Sequence record: SRR22947725_3677
Reading direction: 5' to 3' (one strand)
Length of the DNA stretch: 64,000 nt
This document shows positions 28,406 to 37,661 of this stretch, piece after piece. Below the pieces are notes generated by a model. That model searched no databases. It was not told where the DNA came from and saw nothing but the letters and a program-made list of their open reading frames with translations. Within the stretch, counting starts at the first letter, position 1; each line of letters starts with the position of its first letter. The position numbers were made by a program, and so were the translations under genes.

Positions 28406-31400
28406 TCATTGGCCCTTTACTACAGAAACAGTGATTTTATTAATACTGTTTTTTCGTTGAAAAATAGCAGTACTTAATTCGTTAGTAAGCTGATTTCCTG
28501 TAATATGTGTAGACTCCCCCGAATTGAAAACAACTTCAATAGAAGGTTCTGTCGACTTCTTATAAACAATAGGCACTTGACAATACGTAAATGCCAATGT
28601 GTTCTTTTCTAATTGAATTGTGCTGGCTTTACTGGCTACATCTACATAGTGGAAAACTTGAGGTTCCTGTAAAAACTCTTCACTACGTAAAATAGTAGGA
28701 TCAAATCCTAATACCCCGTTTTGTACACGGACACCCAATTCACCAAAACGGCATAAAATATCTTCTTTTACCTGTCCGGTCATTCCAGGTTGTTGTGCGC
28801 CTTTTCCACCTGGTGTATGTGAATATGGATCGGTTGGAAATGCCCCGTAAAGTTCGGGGGACTTATGTGCGCCTATACCTGCATTGATTTCAAAATAATG
28901 ATCAAATAGCCTACCTATCAACGTAGTATCCTCATCATCAGCAATAGCCTTTTCAGTAATTTCATATACAGCCAAAAGCAACTTGGATACCATATGCCAA
29001 TAAATAGACCCTAAACCTTCATAACCGTAGAAGGTTCCAGAGCGCCCAGTAAATGACTTATGGTCAAAAATAGCTTCAAAAAGTTGCTCAACATAGTCGG
29101 TTTCTTTTTGAACTAAATCTGTATAGTCTTCAGGTAAAGACTTTAGTGCTTTGTGCAAACTATTGGCATTATTAAAGTTCCCATTAAAGTGGTATTCCCC
29201 TCTTGAGTCTTTGGAAATTACAGCATTATTTTTGTCTGTTAACAGCCTAGTTAAAAGCACGGAAGCTTCCACTTTATCTTGTGGAATTGTGTTCTTGTTT
29301 ACAAAGCGTGGAAGTTCTTTATTCGGGTATAATATATAACTGTACTGGTCTTCTCTAAACAACGCACTCGCTTTTAACCCATCGAGAACTTCTAAAGCTT
29401 CCTTGGCAGAAAGATAACCCGAGCTAAGTACGGCTACTTGACCTTCAAGCATTTCAGAAAGGTGCGAGACACGCACAGTCTTATCGCTTTCAAGCGTCAT
29501 TAAGTTGTATGCGTGATAAAGATTGTCATTACGCTTATTGGCATCAATCGCGTGCTCCAAAAATGCTGTGGCGTTTGACATAAACGAAATAAGATCTTGC
29601 TTTGAAATTGTTTGTTTATCTCCAGAGAATCGGTTTTCGTAAATCGTACTTCTGTAATTACTTCCCGCTTCCCCCAAAACGTCCATAATTCGCTTTCTAT
29701 CTTCATTAGAAATACTACCGTTCAGTACGTTTTTGTGTTGTGCTAATCCCGCTGAAATTTTATTAAAAAATACAGCAAGTTCTTTAGAAACAGCGACGTC
29801 ATCACAAGCAGTATTGGTTACTACATTTTCGAAAAATCTCAAAAATCTTCTTAAGTAGTAGAGGGTAACCATAGACACCCCGTTGCCTACAAGGGCATTA
29901 TTGGCGTCATTCCATTCCGGGCGTTGAGTATTCATCCAGATACCACCCTCAGGGATAAAGTTTGACATTTTAGCCAAAACAGTCGCTAATATTTTCTCAA
30001 TAAAGTTTACCTTATAAATAAAGACCGACTGATCTCTTAATAACGCACCATCTACACCAATTTCATCGCGTTTTAATTGAATTCGCTCTTCGTTTTCAAA
30101 ATCAAAATCAATGGTGTTTTTAGGGTCTTTTAAAATTTCTTGATAGCTCTTAATGCGGTAAGGCACGTTAGCATACACAAATAAATCTTGGTTGAAGTAT
30201 TCTCCTAGCTTATTTGGGTAATAGGCTTCTATAAACTCTAAGAATTTAAGGAGATAGATAATTTGATGATCGCCCCAGTATCCAATATACGACCATGGAT
30301 TATCTGGTTCAATTGTTTCCCAATCAAACCCCTCTTTAGTCACTCGATAGGGGTTGTATCCGTCAAAAGTGGTCGCATTGAGGAATTTATGAATCATTCC
30401 CTCAATAAACTCGGGATAGGCAAGCGCCAATGCTTCCCAGTTTTGGAAGATATCCCGCCAGTTTCCTTGATAGTCTAAAATTTTTGTTCCCTCTTCTGTG
30501 CGTGTATTGATAGAAAACTTATTCCACGGACGGCTAGGATCTCCATGACGGCGACTAAACTTTAAGGGCAGGTATTCAAAACAAAGTCGTTTAAAATTCT
30601 GATCATCGTCGTTAGCAGCCAATTCTTTTAGGTGATGCGCGTCAAATAATTCGGGTAGGGTTTTTAAAAGCTGTGCTTTTTTCTTGAATACTTTTCGGTT
30701 TGCCTTTGCAATGTATTGCGTAAAGTCTTCTTTTTCAATTTGGTAATTCTTATCAAAAATACCTCCTCGCATGATGTTAAACATGGTATTGGCAAAGTGT
30801 CGAATATTACGAAGGCGGTCATTGGTGAGTTGAATTCCATCGGCAGCACCTACAAGCTCGACCAAATGTTTTGACCCATTTTCAATGTCATACGCCACTT
30901 CATCGGCTAGCGATTCGTTGTTTAGTAGCTGTTCTTTAATTTGAACAATATCTGAAATCGTCTGGTTTACATTCGCAACAAGCATCCAGTTTTTGGATGA
31001 ATCCGCAGACAAGGTAAATTCGTCACACACAAAATAAGCGCCTTTTTCGGCTCTAATATCAACTTCTTGAGAAACTATCTGTCCTTTTCTAAACGCGTCA
31101 AGTTGTAGGGATGAAATTAATTTTTTCGAATGATCCAGTCCAAGCGACCAAACCACATTCGCTTTTAAGGCTTCGCTAGGTTCAGCCTTATCAACGATTA
31201 TGGCGCTAAGCGAATAAATTCCAAGACCTGTATCGGCTTCTAATTCACATTTTTTGTAGGCATCAACTAGATTACTGCTGCTGTTCTGCAGTGCCTCTTC
31301 AACGCCATAAGGCAAGATGTTTTGAATCCCGTCAATTACGTTGATTGTAAGGGATTCTGAACCGATATTAGTTAACGATGACTTTCGTACAAAGCCAAAC

Positions 31401-31891
31401 TTATCACTTGAATTCCATTCGTAACTAAACGACGTTTTGAGGTCGTGATTAATTTCTTCGAAAATGATTTTATTCCCGAATGAATTTTTATACAAGTTCC
31501 GAGTCAGCTTGTAAACCCCTTCGTGTCTGTTAGAAAAAGGTTCCCAAAGGTATTTTCTTTGAGCGGTGGCAACAATACACAGAGTTTTACTTCCTGTTAT
31601 TTCTGCCGCTTCTGTGATTTTATCATCTGTATAGTATGGAAAAAGAGCATTATTACTGTCTTTCCTACCTGCCGACAAACTCCCGCTACTAGAGATAAAC
31701 ATCCAGTGGTTTGAATTGCTTACGATGCTCATAAAAAACGGGCGCATAGCATCTGCGTTGGAAATTTTGTAAAATGTTTCCCCGTTTCTTATAATCTCTT
31801 CTCCACGTACTTCTTTTGTTGAAAATTGGCTAGAGTAATCCCCCAAGAATATAGCGTCGTCTTTAGTTAAAGGTTCTTTAATGTTTTGCAC
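28406..31891 (-). CDS. GH149 beta-1,3-glucan phosphorylase
   Basis: 1161 aa, no signal peptide; FSRRHGDPSRPWN, YQGNWRDIFQNWE, GDHQIIY, YEGLGSIYWHMVSK, QQPGMTGQVKE. GTG start. Confidence 0.85.
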   Translation of the reverse strand: MQNIKEPLTKDDAIFLGDYSSQFSTKEVRGEEIIRNGETFYKISNADAMRPFFMSIVSNSNHWMFISSSGSLSAGRKDSNNALFPYYTDDKITEAAEITGSKTLCIVATAQRKYLWEPFSNRHEGVYKLTRNLYKNSFGNKIIFEEINHDLKTSFSYEWNSSDKFGFVRKSSLTNIGSESLTINVIDGIQNILPYGVEEALQNSSSNLVDAYKKCELEADTGLGIYSLSAIIVDKAEPSEALKANVVWSLGLDHSKKLISSLQLDAFRKGQIVSQEVDIRAEKGAYFVCDEFTLSADSSKNWMLVANVNQTISDIVQIKEQLLNNESLADEVAYDIENGSKHLVELVGAADGIQLTNDRLRNIRHFANTMFNIMRGGIFDKNYQIEKEDFTQYIAKANRKVFKKKAQLLKTLPELFDAHHLKELAANDDDQNFKRLCFEYLPLKFSRRHGDPSRPWNKFSINTRTEEGTKILDYQGNWRDIFQNWEALALAYPEFIEGMIHKFLNATTFDGYNPYRVTKEGFDWETIEPDNPWSYIGYWGDHQIIYLLKFLEFIEAYYPNKLGEYFNQDLFVYANVPYRIKSYQEILKDPKNTIDFDFENEERIQLKRDEIGVDGALLRDQSVFIYKVNFIEKILATVLAKMSNFIPEGGIWMNTQRPEWNDANNALVGNGVSMVTLYYLRRFLRFFENVVTNTACDDVAVSKELAVFFNKISAGLAQHKNVLNGSISNEDRKRIMDVLGEAGSNYRSTIYENRFSGDKQTISKQDLISFMSNATAFLEHAIDANKRNDNLYHAYNLMTLESDKTVRVSHLSEMLEGQVAVLSSGYLSAKEALEVLDGLKASALFREDQYSYILYPNKELPRFVNKNTIPQDKVEASVLLTRLLTDKNNAVISKDSRGEYHFNGNFNNANSLHKALKSLPEDYTDLVQKETDYVEQLFEAIFDHKSFTGRSGTFYGYEGLGSIYWHMVSKLLLAVYEITEKAIADDEDTTLIGRLFDHYFEINAGIGAHKSPELYGAFPTDPYSHTPGGKGAQQPGMTGQVKEDILCRFGELGVRVQNGVLGFDPTILRSEEFLQEPQVFHYVDVASKASTIQLEKNTLAFTYCQVPIVYKKSTEPSIEVVFNSGESTHITGNQLTNELSTAIFQRKNSINKITVSVVKGQ

Positions 31892-32027
31892 TGTGTGTGT
31901 GATTGTTATAAAATAATTTTTAGCGAACTGATATTGATCGATATGGGGAATCCTATTTCATTCAAATAATAATTGAATCAATACATTATTCACTTTAAAA
32001 AGTTGTCTAATTTATTAGACGGTAAAA

Positions 32028-32873
32028 TTAATTAGCGGCGTACACTCTTACGTAATCAACCAACATCTGATTAGGAAATATAGTAGCGTCAGTTGGAGCA
32101 CCATCAAAATTACCCCCAACAGCAAGGTTTAAAATGATATAAAAAGGCTGGTCAAAAACCCATTCGCCAGGAACATCATCACGTATGATATGATTATACA
32201 ATACACCGTCAACATAATGATTCACATAATCTTTTGTCCACTCGATACCAAATATGTGAAAATCATTCTCAAAACGATCGTTGGTTAGCTGAAACTGTTT
32301 TGTTACGGGATTCCCCCCAGAATATCCAGGACCATGCAAACTACCTGCAACAATAGTAGGCTCAGAACCTTTGTTTTCCATAATATCAATTTCACCACAT
32401 TGTGGCCAACCTACGACATCGAAATTCGATCCAAGCATCCAAAATGCAGGCCAAAGTCCCTTACCTGAAGGCAATTTGATTCGTGCTTCAACACGTCCGT
32501 ATTGTTGCTCAAATTTTCCTTTTGTTAACAGTCTTGCTGAGGTATACTCTGCACCCTCATAAGCTTCTTTAATAGCCGTAATCTTCAACATTCCGTCTTC
32601 AATTACTACATTGTCGGCGCGATTAGTATAGTGCTGAAGTTCATTATTTCCCCAACCATTATCACCAGTACCTTCTTCATAACCCCAAATGGAGTCATTA
32701 AGAGCGCCATCAACATCAAACTCTTCTTGAAGGGTTATTGTGGATGTGAAATTGGCTACAACCTGAGTTTCATCAGGGTTACAGCTGGTTGTAAAAACAC
32801 CAAACACAACTGCTAGTCCCAACAGAGACAGCTGTTGGATTGGACTTGATTCTCTTAAATTTTTAAAATTCAT
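32028..32873 (-). CDS. GH16 laminarinase lipoprotein
   Basis: GWGNNELQ.Y, WPAFWMLG, catalytic GEIDIME, LNLAVGG, VDYVRVY. Confidence 0.93.
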   Translation of the reverse strand: MNFKNLRESSPIQQLSLLGLAVVFGVFTTSCNPDETQVVANFTSTITLQEEFDVDGALNDSIWGYEEGTGDNGWGNNELQHYTNRADNVVIEDGMLKITAIKEAYEGAEYTSARLLTKGKFEQQYGRVEARIKLPSGKGLWPAFWMLGSNFDVVGWPQCGEIDIMENKGSEPTIVAGSLHGPGYSGGNPVTKQFQLTNDRFENDFHIFGIEWTKDYVNHYVDGVLYNHIIRDDVPGEWVFDQPFYIILNLAVGGNFDGAPTDATIFPNQMLVDYVRVYAAN

Positions 32874-32888
32874 ATTCTAATTTTATGA

Positions 32889-34310
32889 TTATTGTTTGTA
32901 GAAATACACGTTATCCATGTATAGCTTGGTGACATTTGACCCATTATTTTCAAAAATAATTTGTCCTACTCTATTTTTAGAAGACAAGCTTAACGCTACA
33001 TCTATGCTACTCCAAGCATCTCCAGAAAGATCTGCGCTGGTGAGGGTAAATGCCTGAGTTTTATCATCTCCTCCACCATCTTTATTGTTTGCGCCAAAGT
33101 CCTTTATCGTTACTTTTAATTGAGCTCCAGCAGCTAATGTTCCCGGGATATAAACATCCATGTGGAAATGTGTCATGGCCGATGCATTAACTGTAGGGTC
33201 AGAAAATTGTTGCCCTACAAAATTAAAGGACTCATAACTAAGAATATTATCTCCATTTACATCAAAATCGTTAGACGTGGTAGTTTGATAAGGCTCCCAA
33301 TATCCATTGTAATAATCAATATTAACATTCGTATATACGTCACTGAATATTGAAATCACATCGGCTGCAGCATGCGGTGGTGCCGTTGGTAAATCAAAAT
33401 CTCCAAGGGACGTTATCGTTAATGAACCTGTTGCGGCAATTCCATTAAACGCTGCCGTAATTGTAGCGCTCCCCGCGTCAATTAAGGTAACCTTACCTAA
33501 CTCATTTACTTGAGCTACAGTTGGATCAGAAGATTCATAATCCAAATAACCCGCTGCAATATCTACTGTAACATCCCTACCATCTCCTAGGTTTCGGGTT
33601 TGTGAAACCCCATTTACTTGAACAATTGCATCATTAAAAGATGATGCAGATACATCTTGACCCTCAAAAATTAAATTTCTTGCCTGTCCTATAGTGCCCA
33701 GTTTTTCAAACTTAATCTCATCTATCCAAAAGGTGTAGCCCAATCCATTGGTGCTTGCTGTACCTGCAGAAAAAGTAAACATGCCTTTCTCTTGGGTCAG
33801 CTTTGAAGCATCTGGAATTGGAATCGTGTACTGTTTCCAATCGGTAGAGAGTGCTATGTTATTTAATCCAACAGCATATTTGTCTCCTTGGAAATCTGTT
33901 CCAAATCCAAATAATGCGATTTCTGCTGTGACCCCTCCCTTAGCCCAAAATGTTAAGGCATCGTAGTTGGTTAAATCTCTACCATTTCCTCTATCAAGAA
34001 AAATGCCTCCAATGAAGTTCCCTTCTGGATCATTTGAACTAGGAACGTCAATTCTAATTGAAGTATTCCCTTTATAGGCAACATTTTCATCTGTTCCAAA
34101 GCCATTAACATTAGCTCCGTCTGCAGGGTCATAGGATACAAAAAAAGCATCTGTCAAACCAACAGGAAAATCAGTAAATACTTCTGGGGTTTCAGGATAG
34201 GTCGCCAAAGCGATCTCATCTGAAAGCTCTCTTTCACAACTTACTAGTGCTAATGCAAGAAACCCTACAAAAGCAAACGTAACTTGTATTTTGAAATTAA
34301 TTTTTTTCAT
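32889..34310 (-). CDS. Surface glycan-binding lipoprotein (CBM-like and Ig-like domains, no catalytic motif seen)
   Basis: Signal ending LVSC; DLTNYDALTFWAKG and FWIDEIKF beta-sandwich motifs; SSDPTVAQV Ig-like motif; ends LYMDNVYF. Confidence 0.7.
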   Translation of the reverse strand: MKKINFKIQVTFAFVGFLALALVSCERELSDEIALATYPETPEVFTDFPVGLTDAFFVSYDPADGANVNGFGTDENVAYKGNTSIRIDVPSSNDPEGNFIGGIFLDRGNGRDLTNYDALTFWAKGGVTAEIALFGFGTDFQGDKYAVGLNNIALSTDWKQYTIPIPDASKLTQEKGMFTFSAGTASTNGLGYTFWIDEIKFEKLGTIGQARNLIFEGQDVSASSFNDAIVQVNGVSQTRNLGDGRDVTVDIAAGYLDYESSDPTVAQVNELGKVTLIDAGSATITAAFNGIAATGSLTITSLGDFDLPTAPPHAAADVISIFSDVYTNVNIDYYNGYWEPYQTTTSNDFDVNGDNILSYESFNFVGQQFSDPTVNASAMTHFHMDVYIPGTLAAGAQLKVTIKDFGANNKDGGGDDKTQAFTLTSADLSGDAWSSIDVALSLSSKNRVGQIIFENNGSNVTKLYMDNVYFYKQ

Positions 34311-34324
34311 TGTTTTAAGTTTTA

Positions 34325-37300
34325 TTATTTACCGATGTTTATGTGAATATAGGTTCTGATTTCCCACTCAGTTCCATCAGGAAATCCAACGGGACTTATG
34401 ATAGGTTCTGAAGAAAATTCTGCCGCCTCCAATGGTGAGAAACGTGGAGAGTATTGATTTAATGTTCTCCAAGTTCCACGAATACCAATTTTTGTATTTG
34501 GCAGTAAAAACCAATCCGGTTTTCCAAGTGATGTAGAAACATCCAACATCAGTTGAAGTGGATACGTTAAGTTAAAATCACGATGGTAGTCAAAAGGACC
34601 CCAGTCGTTTACCTTAACATGAGTCATAAGCATCATCTTTTTGTGAATCATGCGAACATCACCACCAAAACGAGTGATTGTTCTTGTATTGTCGCCATTT
34701 CCTTGACCGTTTCCGTAATAGAAATTACCAATAAGCCCAAGTTCAGGGCTTAGTTTAGAAACAACTCGTGTATGTGCTTCCCATAAATCCTCTGCAGGTG
34801 CAGAATTTGCAAAGGCAAAAAATTGACGGTTTGCTAAAAATCCTATGTGTGCATCTTGAGTGGTAGGCAAGTGTCTAAAGACAAAGCCTGCACTTACAGC
34901 AAACTTCGCATCTTCAACGACATCATTATTCCATTCATACATCCAAGTACCAGGTGTAGGGTCGAATGTAAATAACAATTCAGCTCCAAGGGTTTCTCTG
35001 TTACCACCACGTACCGCAAATGGATCATCAATAACATTACGTAAGCGACCAGGACCAAATGAAGTATTCGGCATTGGATCTACTAAAGGCTTTTGATACA
35101 AAAAGTTAGGTGCAATTTGCAAGTCTCCTAAAAGATACGCGAATCCAGAAAGTACATTCGTCATATTCCCACTTCCAGAGTCTTTAAGCTTCCACCCTGT
35201 AAATGTCTGGGTTTGATCGGCACCTCCGTTAGCAACTAAGCCCATGTAAGAGCCTTGAGCATACCACATAAATTTGCCTTTGGCATATTCGACTTTAGCC
35301 TTTCCACCCCAGTTATCTTTATCATTCACTTTGTCCTCAAGAACTATTTGTACATCATCATCTACAGTTTGGAATTTGCTTCCGTTAAGTGGACTCCCTC
35401 CCCATATTGCACCAAGCGCAAGATCAAAGTTTCCAAACTTTCGTTCAAACGCAAGTGTAGCGCGCTCGGTTGGCCAAGCGGGAATAACACCTGAAGAAAC
35501 TTGATTCGGATCCAATACACGACGACCACTAGCATCAAACTCAGCTTCTGTGTTCAGGTCTCTGTGATAAATAGCCGTTACATCCCATTTATGAATATTC
35601 TTAGAGTATTTTAATAAGGTTGTTGGATTGGCACCCCACCATAATTGTGGTCCAAAAGCTACTTTAAGTCCTTGTAGGGCTCCTTTGGCATCTAGTTCTA
35701 AACCTAGTATTTCACCGTTATAAATGTCCAAGTTCGGGCCGTAATTCGCTTCTGGATAAAGGTTGAAAATATCTCCCTCATACGCCCAGTGGTAATGTCC
35801 TGTTCTGTAGAATCCGCGCGCATCAAAGTTCTTTGCATTCCATTCAAAAGCTGCATTGTACACCTGAACTTTATTCGGGTTTATTGTTGCGTATCCGTCT
35901 TTTGTCATTACTTGCTGTGATCTACCTCTATTCTCATAGAAAATTTCATCTATTGGGTTTGATGCAACATTGCCTAATACGTTAACGTTTACCTCTGCGC
36001 GCATTCCTGGTGCAGGGCTTGCTTCAACTCCAATAAAATAGGACTCCATATTATCGAACCCTAATTGATTCGGATAAACAACCTCATCAGAACTAGCAGT
36101 TTTTGGAGTGGTAAGTAAGCTACCTCCCGTGTTAAACGTTGTAATTTCAGCCCTTAGGTTACTAAGACGAATTTTCTCCCCACCACCAAGGGCTGCTTTA
36201 TCTCCTCTTGCGCGAAGTACTGCGTCCATTATTTGAATGTTATCGAAGTGGTTGGCTACAAATGCAGCATCAACACCATCTTCGTAAGGGTTAAGCGAAT
36301 GTGCTTGCTTCAGTGCATAATATGCAGCTCTAGGATATAGATCGTATAACCCACGAGCATCGGTTGGGCCTTTAGCGCAAATTCCAAACCATTCCTCATT
36401 CATATTATTCAAACCCTCTTGGTGGTCAAATTGGTATCCACCATTAGACCAAGAGGCATTGTTGTCATGAACATCAAGGTTGTCTGTTTGGCCGTATTTC
36501 CACCAACCATCACTAAATTGGAATGTAAACCCACCAATCGCATTGCCTGCTTTTCCTAAACCAGCTGCATTGGCATAAATTTCTTCCCACTGACCAACCA
36601 TGTAGTCAGCTTGAGCTTTCTGATCTTCTTTATTTGATCGTGCATTGAAGGCATCCGAACCGAACTCAGTAAAGAGTACAGGCTTGCCGTATTCTTTCTT
36701 AACGCGATCAAACGTGTCACCAAAAGAAATACCACGATACATATTCGTACCGTAAATATCAACGTCTGTACATTCTTCAGCTATGATGTCTAAAAAGAGT
36801 AAGTCCCCATTACAAATCGCAACTGGGTGAGACCCGTCTATTCCTTTGATTAACTTGGCCGCCTCGTTCATTAGCTTGTACATCGGTCTGCCTCGATTCT
36901 CACCAACTGCTCTTCGCTGGTCTTCTTCATCCGGAAAATCTTCCGTTTCAGCACCAGCCCAAAACAACCCGTAGTTATTCTCGTTTCCTAGAAGGAATAA
37001 CAATAAGCCTGGCGTATTTTTATACTCCGCTGCAATAGCTTTAATCTCTGAGATAAGAAGCTCTTGTGTTTTGGAGCTACTGTAATCAGTTACTGGTACC
37101 CAAGCGCCATCTATGGTAAGTCCATATCGACCAAATGGGTGGTTCAGCATCGTGTGAATTCCGTATTTTTCATATACATATTGAATCCAACGAGGCTGCA
37201 TTCCTGTATAAACACGAATGGTATTCACCCCCATATTTTTAAGAAGACCCATCTCGGTATCTAACGCAGCTTTAATGAAATCATCTGATTGATTCCATAA

Positions 37301-37483
37301 ACTAAAGCTATAATTGGTTCCAATTGGAAAGTAATCCCAATTCATTCCATTGACAATGAAGTCTTCGCCATTAACAACCAATGTGGTGCCATCGGCCCCT
37401 TGGTTGACTGCCACATTGTGCATCTGGGAAATTCCCGAGAAAGCAACAAGACAGAAGATTAATTTAAAAATGGTGTTTTTCAT
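34325..37483 (-). CDS. Clan GH-A hydrolase (GH2/GH158-like TIM barrel) fused to a ~600-aa probable outer-membrane beta-barrel
   Basis: Signal peptide; GVNTIRVY, LGNENNY acid/base, FTEFG nucleophile; C-terminal region rich in amphipathic beta-strands. Confidence 0.75.
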   Translation of the reverse strand: MKNTIFKLIFCLVAFSGISQMHNVAVNQGADGTTLVVNGEDFIVNGMNWDYFPIGTNYSFSLWNQSDDFIKAALDTEMGLLKNMGVNTIRVYTGMQPRWIQYVYEKYGIHTMLNHPFGRYGLTIDGAWVPVTDYSSSKTQELLISEIKAIAAEYKNTPGLLLFLLGNENNYGLFWAGAETEDFPDEEDQRRAVGENRGRPMYKLMNEAAKLIKGIDGSHPVAICNGDLLFLDIIAEECTDVDIYGTNMYRGISFGDTFDRVKKEYGKPVLFTEFGSDAFNARSNKEDQKAQADYMVGQWEEIYANAAGLGKAGNAIGGFTFQFSDGWWKYGQTDNLDVHDNNASWSNGGYQFDHQEGLNNMNEEWFGICAKGPTDARGLYDLYPRAAYYALKQAHSLNPYEDGVDAAFVANHFDNIQIMDAVLRARGDKAALGGGEKIRLSNLRAEITTFNTGGSLLTTPKTASSDEVVYPNQLGFDNMESYFIGVEASPAPGMRAEVNVNVLGNVASNPIDEIFYENRGRSQQVMTKDGYATINPNKVQVYNAAFEWNAKNFDARGFYRTGHYHWAYEGDIFNLYPEANYGPNLDIYNGEILGLELDAKGALQGLKVAFGPQLWWGANPTTLLKYSKNIHKWDVTAIYHRDLNTEAEFDASGRRVLDPNQVSSGVIPAWPTERATLAFERKFGNFDLALGAIWGGSPLNGSKFQTVDDDVQIVLEDKVNDKDNWGGKAKVEYAKGKFMWYAQGSYMGLVANGGADQTQTFTGWKLKDSGSGNMTNVLSGFAYLLGDLQIAPNFLYQKPLVDPMPNTSFGPGRLRNVIDDPFAVRGGNRETLGAELLFTFDPTPGTWMYEWNNDVVEDAKFAVSAGFVFRHLPTTQDAHIGFLANRQFFAFANSAPAEDLWEAHTRVVSKLSPELGLIGNFYYGNGQGNGDNTRTITRFGGDVRMIHKKMMLMTHVKVNDWGPFDYHRDFNLTYPLQLMLDVSTSLGKPDWFLLPNTKIGIRGTWRTLNQYSPRFSPLEAAEFSSEPIISPVGFPDGTEWEIRTYIHINIGK

Positions 37484-37572
37484 GTGTTGATTTTTGTTGT
37501 TAGGGTTAACGTTTCTTAATACTAATTAAGAGGCCATATGGTTTTAAAAATAATTTTTAAACTGATTATTGT

Positions 37573-37605
37573 CAAATATATTATATTGTGTTGCTGGATT
37601 GCAAA
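37573..37605 (-). promoter_or_regulatory. Promoter of the beta-glucan operon (-33 TTTG, -7 TATATTTG)
   Basis: Minus-strand TTTG (37602-37605) and TATATTTG (37573-37580) separated by 21 nt. Confidence 0.7.
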
Positions 37606-37610
37606 AAAGC

Positions 37611-37635
37611 ATCTATACAAAATCTATACAATGCA
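37611..37635. promoter_or_regulatory. Tandem direct repeat ATCTATACAA-A-ATCTATACAA-TGCA, putative operator
   Basis: Perfect 10-bp repeat with 11-bp period immediately upstream of the -33 box. Confidence 0.6.
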
Positions 37636-37661
37636 AAAAAAAGGGGGTTAAATTATCAAAA

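Noticed and set aside
31664-31677. CCTACCTGCCGACA, resembling the 20-bp palindrome at 312-331
   Set aside because: Only a partial match, does not form the hairpin, and encodes LSAGR within the GH149 reading frame; probably coincidence.
32005-32020. GTCTAAT-TT-ATTAGAC inverted repeat after the GH16 gene
   Set aside because: Stem is weak and AT-rich; not enough to call a terminator.
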